64,000 bases of DNA from an uncultured Candidatus Saccharibacteria bacterium. GTDB taxonomy: Bacteria; Patescibacteriota; JABMPQ01; JAQVVF01. The notes beneath the pieces are model-generated. The model was not told the origin of the DNA. It worked only from the letters and a program-made list of their open reading frames with translations, and did not search any database. Each line of letters begins with the position of its first letter. The first letter of the stretch is position 1. The position numbers and the translations under genes are program-made. Positions 19,509-28,693 of the stretch are shown piece after piece. The stretch spans positions 66,046-130,045 of the forward strand of contig CAZNOH010000004.1 of NCBI GenBank assembly GCA_964574655.1, given 5' to 3'.

Positions 19509-20573
19509 TTAGGATAATTGTTTTTTGGTTGCTTCCGAAAAAATCAGCATATTAAGAAAAAACTGTCTGTCTGGGCTTGTCTTAAGAAATTGAATAATAT
19601 CATCATCTAATTCATTAATGCGTTGCAAAGAGATTGTGACTGGCTGGGTTTTTGAAAACTTTTTCAAAGTTTCAAGATCAATTCTTTCTAAGGAATATAA
19701 ATATAAAGGGTCTTCACGCTCTGCTAATTTTTCTGCTAAACCTGGCGTAATAGCCTTTATTTCTAAATAAAGCTGGCCTTTAAATTTTTCTAATTCCGAA
19801 ACTGCGTCAGGCTGGATCTTATCAAGACCATAAATAGTCAAGTGAGTTCCCGAAAAATTAGCTATTGAGGCTGCAACTTCTTTTGTTAGATCTTTAATGC
19901 CGTATAATTCTAAATCAGGAGTTTTGATTGAAGCAAGGTGTTGCACGACTGTTTCATCTAGTTCTTTGCTAACAACAAGACGCAACTTTTTTCCCTCATA
20001 GGTCGAGAGTATTCTTGCTTGATGTTCTGACAATTCAGAAAGACCAAAATCCAATTCTCCTTCATGTGCTACAAGCTCTTGCAAGGCTTGCTCTGACATT
20101 TTTTTAATACCACATAAATGCAATTTCAAAGGTAAATTGCTAGGTCTTTCTCCATCAGCTTCTCTCCAATATTCTTCGCTAGTTGCAACATGTTTTAGAT
20201 GCTTGATCATTGCTGAATTTATATAAGTTAATTGTCGTGTCACAGCATCAAAAATGCCAGATCTAAAAGTTTTATCCTGAATTCTTTGCCAGATTTCTTT
20301 ATTTTTTTCTAAATCTGGAATTTGTCTATATTCTCCAACAGTCATTTCTTCTCCGAAAGCAGTAATTTTTAATTGCTCTAAACTGCTTTCTAGATCTAAA
20401 ACTTCTTGAGCTGTGACATTCTGATCTCTTTCTATTCTTTCTGCTAAATCACTTGCTTGATCAATAACTTGTCTGAGCTCTCTTGTTTGGACAATTTCAA
20501 AACCATGGCCTTTTTCTTTTCCTGGCTCGTTAATATCGGCTATATTTTCATGAAGCTGTTCTGGATTTGGCAT
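19509..20573 (-). CDS. paralogous repeat protein, family member 2
   Basis: N-terminus MPNPEQLHENIADINEPGK...; C-terminal L..L...A..L....G.L.L.GL repeats. Confidence 0.6.
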   Translation of the reverse strand: MPNPEQLHENIADINEPGKEKGHGFEIVQTRELRQVIDQASDLAERIERDQNVTAQEVLDLESSLEQLKITAFGEEMTVGEYRQIPDLEKNKEIWQRIQDKTFRSGIFDAVTRQLTYINSAMIKHLKHVATSEEYWREADGERPSNLPLKLHLCGIKKMSEQALQELVAHEGELDFGLSELSEHQARILSTYEGKKLRLVVSKELDETVVQHLASIKTPDLELYGIKDLTKEVAASIANFSGTHLTIYGLDKIQPDAVSELEKFKGQLYLEIKAITPGLAEKLAEREDPLYLYSLERIDLETLKKFSKTQPVTISLQRINELDDDIIQFLKTSPDRQFFLNMLIFSEATKKQLS

Positions 20574-20575
20574 TA

Positions 20576-21271
20576 TTAATTTTTAAATTTGGCAATTTGT
20601 TTTTTGAATTTATCAGGACAGTAGATTTTTCCTTCGAATTTGCTTAAAGATTTAGCTGCCTCATCTGACAGCTCAGTCAAACCTTGTATGGAAAGATTAA
20701 AATGATATACTCCTTCAAAAAGTTGGGCAATATCGGCTGGAATTGCAGTTAGGCCGTCTAAGAGAAGCAAGTTTTCTACTCCTGTTTCTAGATTTTGACG
20801 CAAGCGTACAAGCTCTTTAGCAGATTCAAAAGATAATGATTTTAGACTATGCAAATTTAATTTACATTTTCCGTCTATTTCCACGATCCCTCCGTGTTCA
20901 CTTAATATTTTAGCAAGTCCTACTGGAAGATAAGTTAAAAAAAATGACATCCTCTCAACAGTTAGATATTCATGAGACATTATTTTTTGAAAAAGTTTAG
21001 TATTCTGTTGCCTGTCAGGAATTTGTCTTATTTCATCCATTGTTAATTGGTCGCCGTAAAAATCAATTTTCATTCTATTCAAAGCACTATCTAAATCTAA
21101 AACTTCTTGCGCTGAAACATTTTCATCTCTTTCAATTTTTCCTGCAAGATCATTAACTCGTTCAACTATTTTTTCTAATTCCGAAGTTCTGGCAATTTCA
21201 AGACCAGCTTCTGTTTTTGCAGGCTCTTCGATGTCGGCTAAATTTTCATGAATTGGTTGTTCTGGTTTCAT
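20576..21271 (-). CDS. paralogous repeat protein, family member 3
   Basis: N-terminus MKPEQPIHENLADIEEPAK... Confidence 0.6.
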   Translation of the reverse strand: MKPEQPIHENLADIEEPAKTEAGLEIARTSELEKIVERVNDLAGKIERDENVSAQEVLDLDSALNRMKIDFYGDQLTMDEIRQIPDRQQNTKLFQKIMSHEYLTVERMSFFLTYLPVGLAKILSEHGGIVEIDGKCKLNLHSLKSLSFESAKELVRLRQNLETGVENLLLLDGLTAIPADIAQLFEGVYHFNLSIQGLTELSDEAAKSLSKFEGKIYCPDKFKKQIAKFKN

Positions 21272-21284
21272 TTTGTTTTACTAA

Positions 21285-21833
21285 TTACCAAAGCGGTGAA
21301 TAAATATATCCGCCTGGCACTTTTCTATCTTTAAGAGCCTCTTGAACTTCTTTAGTTTGCATTTCAAAAAATAAGCTTCCAAAATTAATGTTGCCATCAT
21401 GATAAGCTAAAGCTTTTGCTGAATCTACTGAAAGCGTGATAACTGAAAGACCGATATCGCCTTTATGCTTTTTGGCAAGATGTCTTGCTAATATAGCTGG
21501 CAAGTCAACAAGCCTCTGGATGCTACTATAATCATTATTATCCATGTCTCGCAAAATTTTAAGATTTCTTTTATAATCTGGCATGCTTCTTAATTCTTCT
21601 AATGTCATTATTTCGCCATCAATATCGATTTTAAGTTGGTCAAGCGCTTTATTTAAAGCTATTACTTGCTCAAATTTAACTGGCTCATCTTGCTGGATAG
21701 CTTCTGCTAATTCATTTGCTTGGTCAACTAATTTTTCTAATTCCGGAGTTTTGGCAATTTCAAGTCCGCCTGCTGGTTTTGCTGGCTCTTTGATGTCGGC
21801 TAAGTTTTCGTGAAGTTGTTCTGGATTTGTCAT
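21285..21833 (-). CDS. paralogous repeat protein, family member 4 (short)
   Basis: N-terminus MTNPEQLHENLADIKEPAK...; start codon overlaps the stop of the upstream gene by 1 nt. Confidence 0.6.
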   Translation of the reverse strand: MTNPEQLHENLADIKEPAKPAGGLEIAKTPELEKLVDQANELAEAIQQDEPVKFEQVIALNKALDQLKIDIDGEIMTLEELRSMPDYKRNLKILRDMDNNDYSSIQRLVDLPAILARHLAKKHKGDIGLSVITLSVDSAKALAYHDGNINFGSLFFEMQTKEVQEALKDRKVPGGYIYSPLW

Positions 21834-22735
21834 TATTTTTTGGTTTTAAAATAATCTATTTGCTGTTGTAAATTATCTGGAACATAAATATTTTCTCTAC
21901 GACTAAATATTTCGGCGGCAGAGTCAGATATTGATCCGAGACGATTAAAAACAATATCACCTTGATGATGACTTAGATGTTCTGCTACAGCATCAGAAAT
22001 TGATGTAACATTAAGAACAAGCATGCCTTGATGATGGCTTAGATGCTCTGCAGAAGCATCCGAAAAAATATCGAGTCTAACAAAATAGATATCACCTTGA
22101 TGATGACTCAAATATTCAGCTTGTTTGTCAGATAAAGTGGTAATACCAAGTGCTAGATTATCTTTGTGATGGCTTAAATGTTCGGCAGAAATATCAGATA
22201 AAGACTCTACCTCTCCCAAGCCGATAAACCCTTGATGTTCGCTCAAATAATTAGCAGACTGATCCGACAAAGAAGTCAAAGCGCGAAAATGCAAACTACC
22301 CTTGTGTTGACCAAGATATTTGGCAGCTGAATCTGGTAAAAATTCAAGCTTCTGGAAATCAATTGTATTGGGATTTTTGCTCAAAGTTTCTGCTGCAAAA
22401 TCGGTTAGAAAAGTTAATGCCTGTTCACTGTAAAGCTTGCCTGCTTGTATCCCCCTTAACCTAGGCAAATTTTTTTCTAAATCGGGAATATTTTTTACTT
22501 CGGCAACTGTCATTCTTTGTCCGCCAACATCAACTCTTAGTTGTCCTAAAGCTTTATCTAAATCCAAAACTTCTTGAGCAGTAATGTTTTCATCTTTTTC
22601 CATTCTCTCGGCTAAACTTTTTACCTCATCAATGATATTTTCTAATTCCGGACCAATGGCAACCTCAAGACCAGCTTCTGGTTTTGCTGGCTCTTTGATA
22701 TCGGCTAAATTTTCGCTGAGTTGTTCTGGTTTCAT
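21833..22735 (-). CDS. paralogous repeat protein, family member 5
   Basis: Start taken at MKPEQLSENLADIKEPAK (22735); the longer ORF in the track reads into the structured leader; five clear HLSHHQG-type repeats. Confidence 0.6.
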   Translation of the reverse strand: MKPEQLSENLADIKEPAKPEAGLEVAIGPELENIIDEVKSLAERMEKDENITAQEVLDLDKALGQLRVDVGGQRMTVAEVKNIPDLEKNLPRLRGIQAGKLYSEQALTFLTDFAAETLSKNPNTIDFQKLEFLPDSAAKYLGQHKGSLHFRALTSLSDQSANYLSEHQGFIGLGEVESLSDISAEHLSHHKDNLALGITTLSDKQAEYLSHHQGDIYFVRLDIFSDASAEHLSHHQGMLVLNVTSISDAVAEHLSHHQGDIVFNRLGSISDSAAEIFSRRENIYVPDNLQQQIDYFKTKK

Positions 22736-22747
22736 TTTTGTTAATAA

Positions 22748-22821
22748 TGTCATCCTGAACCGCGGTGAAGGATCCCGTGACAAAAAGATAACAACGGGAT
22801 TCTTCGCTTCGCTCAGAATGA
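22748..22821 (-). promoter_or_regulatory. GC-rich structured 5' leader upstream of the paralogue array
   Basis: Nested imperfect inverted repeats (gtcatcctga...tcagaatgac; ggatcccgt...acgggattc) 12 nt upstream of the start codon, overlapping the SD-like AGGA. Confidence 0.4.
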
Positions 22822-22947
22822 CAATTTTATTTTGCTGTTTTGTTTATTTTAACAAATTATTAGATTTTGGACAAACAGGAATTGATTTGAAATAATCTTG
22901 TAAATCTGTTAATCTGGCTATATACTTATAGAATTTAAATAAAACTC

Positions 22948-24693
22948 ATGGAAAATAATAAAATACAGAAAAATAGACATTCTTTATCCCACTTAATGAC
23001 AATGGCGATTTTGGAAAAGTATCCTAAAGCAAAACTTGGTGTTGGGCCAACAATTAAAGATGGATTTTACCAAGATTATGACTTGCCGATTAAATTAACG
23101 GAAGAAGATTTTAATTGGATTGAAAAAAGAATGCGAGAATTGATCAAGCAAAGAATAGCTTTTGTTCAGCATCAAATGTCCTTTGATGAGGCTTCAAAAT
23201 TGTATAAAGACGATCCATACAAAACTGAATTAATTAATGATCTTAAAAAATCTGGTGAAAAAGATGTCAGTTTTTACAAATCTGATTGGTTTGAAAATTT
23301 ATGCTTAGGACCTCATGTAGAGAATACTTCTGAAATTAATCCAGATGCTTTTAAATTGACTTTTTTGGCTGGCGCATATTGGCGAGGAAATGAAAAAAAT
23401 AAAATGTTGCAAAGAATTTACGGCATTGCTTTTGAAACAAAAAAAGAGTTAAAAGAATATTTGGAAAGCTTGAGATTAGCTGAAGCAAGAGATCATCGAA
23501 AATTAGGCAAAGAAATGGATTTATTTATTTTTTCTGATTTGATCGGCGCTGGTCTTCCTGTTTATACTTTTAAAGGCACAATTGTTCGGAGAGAAATCAT
23601 TAATCATCTTAATGAATTGCAAAAAGAAATTGGCTATCAAGAAGTGCATTCACCAAATATGAATCGAGCTGAGCTTTTTAAAGTTTCTGGCCATTTTGAC
23701 AAGTTTAAAGATAGCATGTTCAAGGTTGTTTCTAATTATACTAAAGAAGAATTCTTTTTAAAGCCGATGAATTGTCCTCAGCATACTCAGATTTTTGCAT
23801 CTCAACAAAGGAGTTACAAAGATCTGCCAATCAGAATTGCTGATTTTGCTAATCTTTATCGCGATGAAAAACCAGGCGAATTGAATGGCTTAACTCGTTT
23901 AAGATGCTTTTGCCAAGATGATGGACATAGTTTTTGCCGAGAAGATCAGATTACAGAAGAATTTTTGTCTGTACTAGAAATTATTGGAAAAGCAATGAAA
24001 ACTTATAATATGGAATATTCGGTTAGATTATCATTATGGGATCCGGAAAAAAAAGAAAAATATCTCGGCGAGCCTGAAATTTGGGAAAAATCACAAAAAT
24101 TATTGGAAAATATTTTAATTGATAACAAAATTAATTATACAAAAGCTTTAGGCGAGGCTGCTTTGTATGGACCAAAAATGGATTTGCTGACTAAAGATTC
24201 TTTGGGACGCGAATGGCAGATTTCTACAATTCAATTAGATTTCATTATGCCGAAAAGATTTGGCTTGAAATATATTGATAAAGACTCAAAAGAACAAACA
24301 CCTGTCATGGTTCATCGGGCAATTGTCGGCTCTCCAGAAAGATTTTTAGGAATTTTGATTGAACATTACGCTGGAAAATTTCCAGTCTGGCTTTCTCCTG
24401 TTCAAGTATTAATTTTATCTGTTTCTGAAAAATTTGGAGATAAAGCTAATGAGCTAGCCAAGAAGTTTAAGGATCAAGGCATAAGAACCGAAGTTGATAA
24501 TCGCGAAGAAAGCGTTGGCAAGAAAATTGCAGGATCGAGAAAACAAAAAGTGCCTTATACTATTGTTTTTGGAGAACGTGAAGAAAAATCTTCTGAGTTG
24601 CCGATAAGAATGAGGGATGGCAAAGTTGAAAATTTTGCAGTTGATAAATTTATTGAAAAAGTTAAAAAAGAAATTGTGGAACGAAGTTTATAA
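22948..24693 (+). CDS. thrS: threonyl-tRNA synthetase (short form lacking the N-terminal TGS domains)
   Basis: Class II core with RDHRKLGKEMDLF and the motif 3 block HRAIVGSPERFLGILIEHYAGKFPVWLSP; C-terminal anticodon-binding domain. Confidence 0.85.
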   Translation: MENNKIQKNRHSLSHLMTMAILEKYPKAKLGVGPTIKDGFYQDYDLPIKLTEEDFNWIEKRMRELIKQRIAFVQHQMSFDEASKLYKDDPYKTELINDLKKSGEKDVSFYKSDWFENLCLGPHVENTSEINPDAFKLTFLAGAYWRGNEKNKMLQRIYGIAFETKKELKEYLESLRLAEARDHRKLGKEMDLFIFSDLIGAGLPVYTFKGTIVRREIINHLNELQKEIGYQEVHSPNMNRAELFKVSGHFDKFKDSMFKVVSNYTKEEFFLKPMNCPQHTQIFASQQRSYKDLPIRIADFANLYRDEKPGELNGLTRLRCFCQDDGHSFCREDQITEEFLSVLEIIGKAMKTYNMEYSVRLSLWDPEKKEKYLGEPEIWEKSQKLLENILIDNKINYTKALGEAALYGPKMDLLTKDSLGREWQISTIQLDFIMPKRFGLKYIDKDSKEQTPVMVHRAIVGSPERFLGILIEHYAGKFPVWLSPVQVLILSVSEKFGDKANELAKKFKDQGIRTEVDNREESVGKKIAGSRKQKVPYTIVFGEREEKSSELPIRMRDGKVENFAVDKFIEKVKKEIVERSL

Positions 24694-24751
24694 AGACTAA
24701 AAATATAAAAACTAGCTATCATAAAAGGCTGGTTTTTTATTTTAGAGAAAT

Positions 24752-24774
24752 AAAAAAAGGCTTTGAGGGCCTTG
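24752..24774 (-). terminator. rho-independent terminator for the minus-strand gene ending 24795
   Basis: Minus strand reads aaggccctcaaagcctt followed by a T-run. Confidence 0.55.
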
Positions 24775-24794
24775 ATGAAATGAACTAGAATAAT

Positions 24795-26630
24795 CTATTT
24801 TTCCATTGATTTGAGTTTTTTCTTTGCTCGGAAAAGATGAATTTGATTTATGATTGTATTAAAGAAGATAGTTAACGCAAAAAATGTAAGCCAGATACTG
24901 ATATTTAAATTTAAGACATTAACTAACAATTTGGCTATTAGCATCGAGAAACAAATGTCATTAAAAAGAATAATAAATGAAGTGCTTTTCTTTATTTTTA
25001 ATAAATTTGTACAATAATTTATTATTTTAGTGCAATTTGTTATTGCATTTAAATAACCGACGCTTACAATCCAGAACAAGAGAGGTACCACAACAAAATA
25101 GTTGCTCCAATTTTGCCAAATAATAACTTGCGTTCCAACAAGACATGCTAACACAATAATTGCAGTAATCAGATTGGCAAACAGCGCCAAGTGAATATTT
25201 TGCTGAGGAAATCTTACTTCATCCGCTTTCTTTTTCATGGATTCGGGAATTACTGGTTCTTCGTATTTATATTCTAAGGGAGTAAAGGAAAATGGTTCTA
25301 ATTTAAATTCTACTTCAGAAACTTTTTCAGCTGATTTTTCGCTTTTGCGCTTTTGCCATGTTTTTCGCCACAAGGCTTTCGTACTATCCTTAATTGGTCC
25401 AAACAATCTTTGTCGCAAACTAAAAGCTTTTCTGAAAGCACCATTGAACGCGCCGAAGAGGCTTACTGGTCCATGCTTTTGAAGAGATTCTCTATAATTG
25501 CTACAATATTGCTTGAAAGCGTCTTGACACAGAGGATCATCGCAAAATGTAAAAAATTCATAGATATCAAGAAATCCTGTTGGAATCATCACCGAATCCT
25601 TATCGGTTTGATTGCCACAGAATTTGCAATGTCCGTCTTCATCCTGGACTGTCAATTTTCCTTCTTTTATCTCAATGAATGGGAATTGAAATTCCCCTCC
25701 CGCGAGTGAACGATTCAATACAGCCACTCGATCTTTCAGCTCTTGGACTTTTGCCTGACTTTCTTCAATATTGCCTGACGCTAGGTTTCGACTAGCTTCT
25801 GCATATAGTTTGGCTGCCCAAAGCAATGGGTCGTCTGTTTTTTGATCTGGTAACAAAAAAATTGGAGGATCATCGATGTCTTTTCCTTCCTGCCAGCTTT
25901 TGTTTAACAATACCTTGTAAGAAAACTTGTGGGAACCAATTTCATAATTCACGCGTACTCTCGGAAATCGACATGCCAAATTTTCGGCCAAATCCCAAGC
26001 AATACTTCCAATGCTTTTGTCAACAAAAGTAATTTCTAAAGCTTCACGCATTAATTCAATTCTGATTACAACTTCTTGGAATTGCAAATGGAACTCTCCA
26101 ATCATATCAGGCGGAGTACGGAATCTGAGAGATTGCAAATTAGGAAGCTCACAATACAATTGTTTTGGTTCATCGCCTCGTTTATCTGCAATCCGCGCTA
26201 ACATACCACTTCGATACGAAGGTTTGCGCAAAAGCTGGAATATTGCGTTTTCAGGCAAATTAATGACATGGCTAACGACAGCCTTTGCCCACTTTTGCAA
26301 CCAAGACCAATTTTGAAAAGTCGCCAAATTCTTTCTTAATCCTCCACCGATATTACTGATGCAAATCGTTGGTTTTCCGTCAACAAGTTCCAAATCTAGT
26401 TGCGGAGAAATATTGTGCCTTTTGGGATGTTCCATGATTTGCTGATAAAAAACTTCCGGCAGAGTACACCAGGCATGATATTTGACTAATTCAGGCGCAC
26501 CTAACTGATCAATAAGTAGTTGCCAAATGCCGGCATAATCAGCACGGATATAATCTTGATTTCCTAGTCCTCTTGTCAAATCCCAAATCTGCTGTAAATT
26601 AAGTAATTCTCTTGCAATGTCAATTATCAT
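24795..26630 (-). CDS. hypothetical protein: soluble N-terminal domain, Cys-cluster and C-terminal 4-TM module
   Basis: 611 aa; CKFCGNQ...CDDPLCQDAFKQYC; four hydrophobic helices in the last 130 aa or so; G+C visibly elevated. Confidence 0.5.
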   Translation of the reverse strand: MIIDIARELLNLQQIWDLTRGLGNQDYIRADYAGIWQLLIDQLGAPELVKYHAWCTLPEVFYQQIMEHPKRHNISPQLDLELVDGKPTICISNIGGGLRKNLATFQNWSWLQKWAKAVVSHVINLPENAIFQLLRKPSYRSGMLARIADKRGDEPKQLYCELPNLQSLRFRTPPDMIGEFHLQFQEVVIRIELMREALEITFVDKSIGSIAWDLAENLACRFPRVRVNYEIGSHKFSYKVLLNKSWQEGKDIDDPPIFLLPDQKTDDPLLWAAKLYAEASRNLASGNIEESQAKVQELKDRVAVLNRSLAGGEFQFPFIEIKEGKLTVQDEDGHCKFCGNQTDKDSVMIPTGFLDIYEFFTFCDDPLCQDAFKQYCSNYRESLQKHGPVSLFGAFNGAFRKAFSLRQRLFGPIKDSTKALWRKTWQKRKSEKSAEKVSEVEFKLEPFSFTPLEYKYEEPVIPESMKKKADEVRFPQQNIHLALFANLITAIIVLACLVGTQVIIWQNWSNYFVVVPLLFWIVSVGYLNAITNCTKIINYCTNLLKIKKSTSFIILFNDICFSMLIAKLLVNVLNLNISIWLTFFALTIFFNTIINQIHLFRAKKKLKSMEK

Positions 26631-26893
26631 CTTGTCCTCCTCTTTCCTGTTATTGCAGGAACAAATTTTGAAAGTACAATCTGGATACTATAATCTTTTT
26701 ATTTCTTTCTGTCAATCATTTTCTTTACAAATAATGTTTTTTTGATATACTTAAAATGAAAAAGAAACTCAATTTTAGACAAAACTGAGTTTTAAAAATC
26801 ATTAAGCCAATTTTATAATATCTATATTATCTAAATACGAAAAGCTTTTTGACACGCCTACGAAAAAGAAGGCTTGGTTAGATTTGAGAAGAG

Positions 26894-27181
26894 TTGAAAT
26901 ACAAAAAGGCAATTGTTTTGTTCTCAGCCAAGATTACTAAAGATGCAAAACAGAATTTAAATATTTTAAAACCAATAATTTTTGAAATTATATTTCCAAA
27001 ATTAAAAATAGATTTAATGCATCAGCCAGAACAGCTTAAAAAATATTATAAAAATGGACAAATTATGGAATTAAATTTGGCAATCAAAAAAGCCATTGAT
27101 TTGGCTTTGAAAAATAAACAACCTATTTTAATTTGTGGATCAATCTATTCTATACCTTGTTATAAGAAACTATATCGCTAG
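26894..27181 (+). pseudogene. isolated C-terminal-domain fragment of a Mur ligase/FolC-family protein
   Basis: 95 aa matching only the Mur ligase C-terminal domain (AIVLFSAKITKDAKQ...ILICGSIYSI); TTG start; no upstream N-terminal domains. Confidence 0.4.
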
Positions 27182-27187
27182 TTTAGA

Positions 27188-27280
27188 TTCTACATGGCTT
27201 TAGCCAAGGGGTATTAGAGCTTTAGCTCCAGCAATAAAATGGCTAAAGCCATTCTACCCCTCAGCTAAAGCTGGATAGAA
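27188..27280. repeat. family-C palindromic element (about 92 bp) with TTCTAC/GTAGAA termini
   Basis: ttctacatggctttagccaagggg...cccctcagctaaagctggatagaa; lies between convergent genes. Confidence 0.65.
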
Positions 27281-27286
27281 ACTTCA

Positions 27287-28693
27287 TTACTTCCACATTC
27301 CAAGATGTAATTTTTGAGCCCTGCGTTGGGCTTTTTTAAATACGGATCGATATTTAACATTTGGCTCGTAGGTATCAACTTTGGCTAAGCCTTTTTTAAC
27401 TAATATTTTGTTAACAAATTTTTTACCGACAAAAACATAAGCTAAATCTCTGCCAATATGATCTTCTCGATCAACATCGTATTCTAAAGTAATATTTTTA
27501 TTTTCGACTAATCTTTTATTCAAATTGATTGCTTGTTCATAATATCTTTTACCAACCTCTGGAGTGTTAACGCCGATATAGCGCATTTCTCTGCTGTCTG
27601 TCAGATAAACACTGTCGCCATCTTCTACATAAATAACTTTTTCTTGAGATTTATTATTGGCAAAAAAAGGAGCAACATCAATTCCCGAATCATAATTTTT
27701 AGGAAATGGATAAAAATTGATATTTATTGGAGCGCCTGATGCTTCAAAAAAACGAACTTGAGGAACGCCATGAGCTGTGCCAGTGATTACTTCATCGCGA
27801 CCATCTGAATCCAAATCAGCAAAATCTATTCTAGCGCCTACTTCGAAATTGCTATAAGCAAGCCATGATCCGATCAATGGAGTAGCATTTTTATATTTAT
27901 AAATCTTGCACCATGCTTGTTGTTGTGATTGGCAAGTCCCAATTTCATCAATGCCGTCTTTGTCTACGTCGCCAACTGCAACGTCAATTCCACCTAAAAA
28001 ATTTGGATTAAAAGCATAGAATTCTAATGGCAACATTCTGCCATCTGCTTCGTAAACACAAATTTTTGGAGAACATTTCGGTCCATTGCCGACTATTATT
28101 TCATCTTTATCGTCATGATCAATATTGCCAGATGCAACTGTTGCTCCACACTTATCATTGTCAAAGGCTTTAAATTCTTTTATAATTTCTTGTTTTTTAT
28201 TGAAACGATAAATTTTTACTTGCGCAATTCCGCCTTCAGCTGGCACTGTAATAATTTCGTCTTTCCCATCTCTATCGACATCACCTGTTGCAACATTGAC
28301 ACCAGTTTGTGAATTTGGATATGGATTTAAAATTGGCTTTTTTAATTTACCATTTTTTTCAAAAACTAAGACTTCTGAATTACCGCCAGCTCGCTGAGAA
28401 ATGATAATTTCATCGATTGCATCGCCATCAACATCACCTGTTGCGATGTTGATGCCTTTATTGTTCTTTGGCAATTGTTTTAAATTTGATAAATAACTAG
28501 CAATTTTTCCAGTATTGGAAAATTCTTTTATTTGCGGATTGACTCCAAATCCAGTACTGACCAAAATATTGAATGGAATTTTGGCAAAAGAAATTTTTGG
28601 TAAAAACAAAACTAAACCTAAAATTAAAATTATTTTGGTATAGATTAATTTGTTATTTAAAATTTTATTACTTAATAATTTTGCCTTCACCAT
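27287..28693 (-). CDS. secreted FG-GAP-repeat protein fused to a staphylococcal-nuclease (thermonuclease) domain
   Basis: Signal peptide; five or more TGDVDGDGxDEII FG-GAP repeats; C-terminal SNase-like block (IGVNTPE...GRDLAYV...LVKKGLA). Confidence 0.7.
   Translation of the reverse strand: MVKAKLLSNKILNNKLIYTKIILILGLVLFLPKISFAKIPFNILVSTGFGVNPQIKEFSNTGKIASYLSNLKQLPKNNKGINIATGDVDGDAIDEIIISQRAGGNSEVLVFEKNGKLKKPILNPYPNSQTGVNVATGDVDRDGKDEIITVPAEGGIAQVKIYRFNKKQEIIKEFKAFDNDKCGATVASGNIDHDDKDEIIVGNGPKCSPKICVYEADGRMLPLEFYAFNPNFLGGIDVAVGDVDKDGIDEIGTCQSQQQAWCKIYKYKNATPLIGSWLAYSNFEVGARIDFADLDSDGRDEVITGTAHGVPQVRFFEASGAPININFYPFPKNYDSGIDVAPFFANNKSQEKVIYVEDGDSVYLTDSREMRYIGVNTPEVGKRYYEQAINLNKRLVENKNITLEYDVDREDHIGRDLAYVFVGKKFVNKILVKKGLAKVDTYEPNVKYRSVFKKAQRRAQKLHLGMWK

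Noticed and set aside
21833-22783. Longer version of paralogue 5 starting MSRDPSPRFRMTLLTK
   Set aside because: The extension is translated from the GC-rich structured leader. All five other paralogues begin at the conserved M(K/T)(N)PEQL, so the start was moved to 22735.
24723-24740. Possible terminator directly after thrS (aaaaggctggtttttt)
   Set aside because: The stem is weak (no more than 4 bp). The convincing hairpin at 24752-24774 is oriented for the minus-strand gene, so it was not called for thrS.
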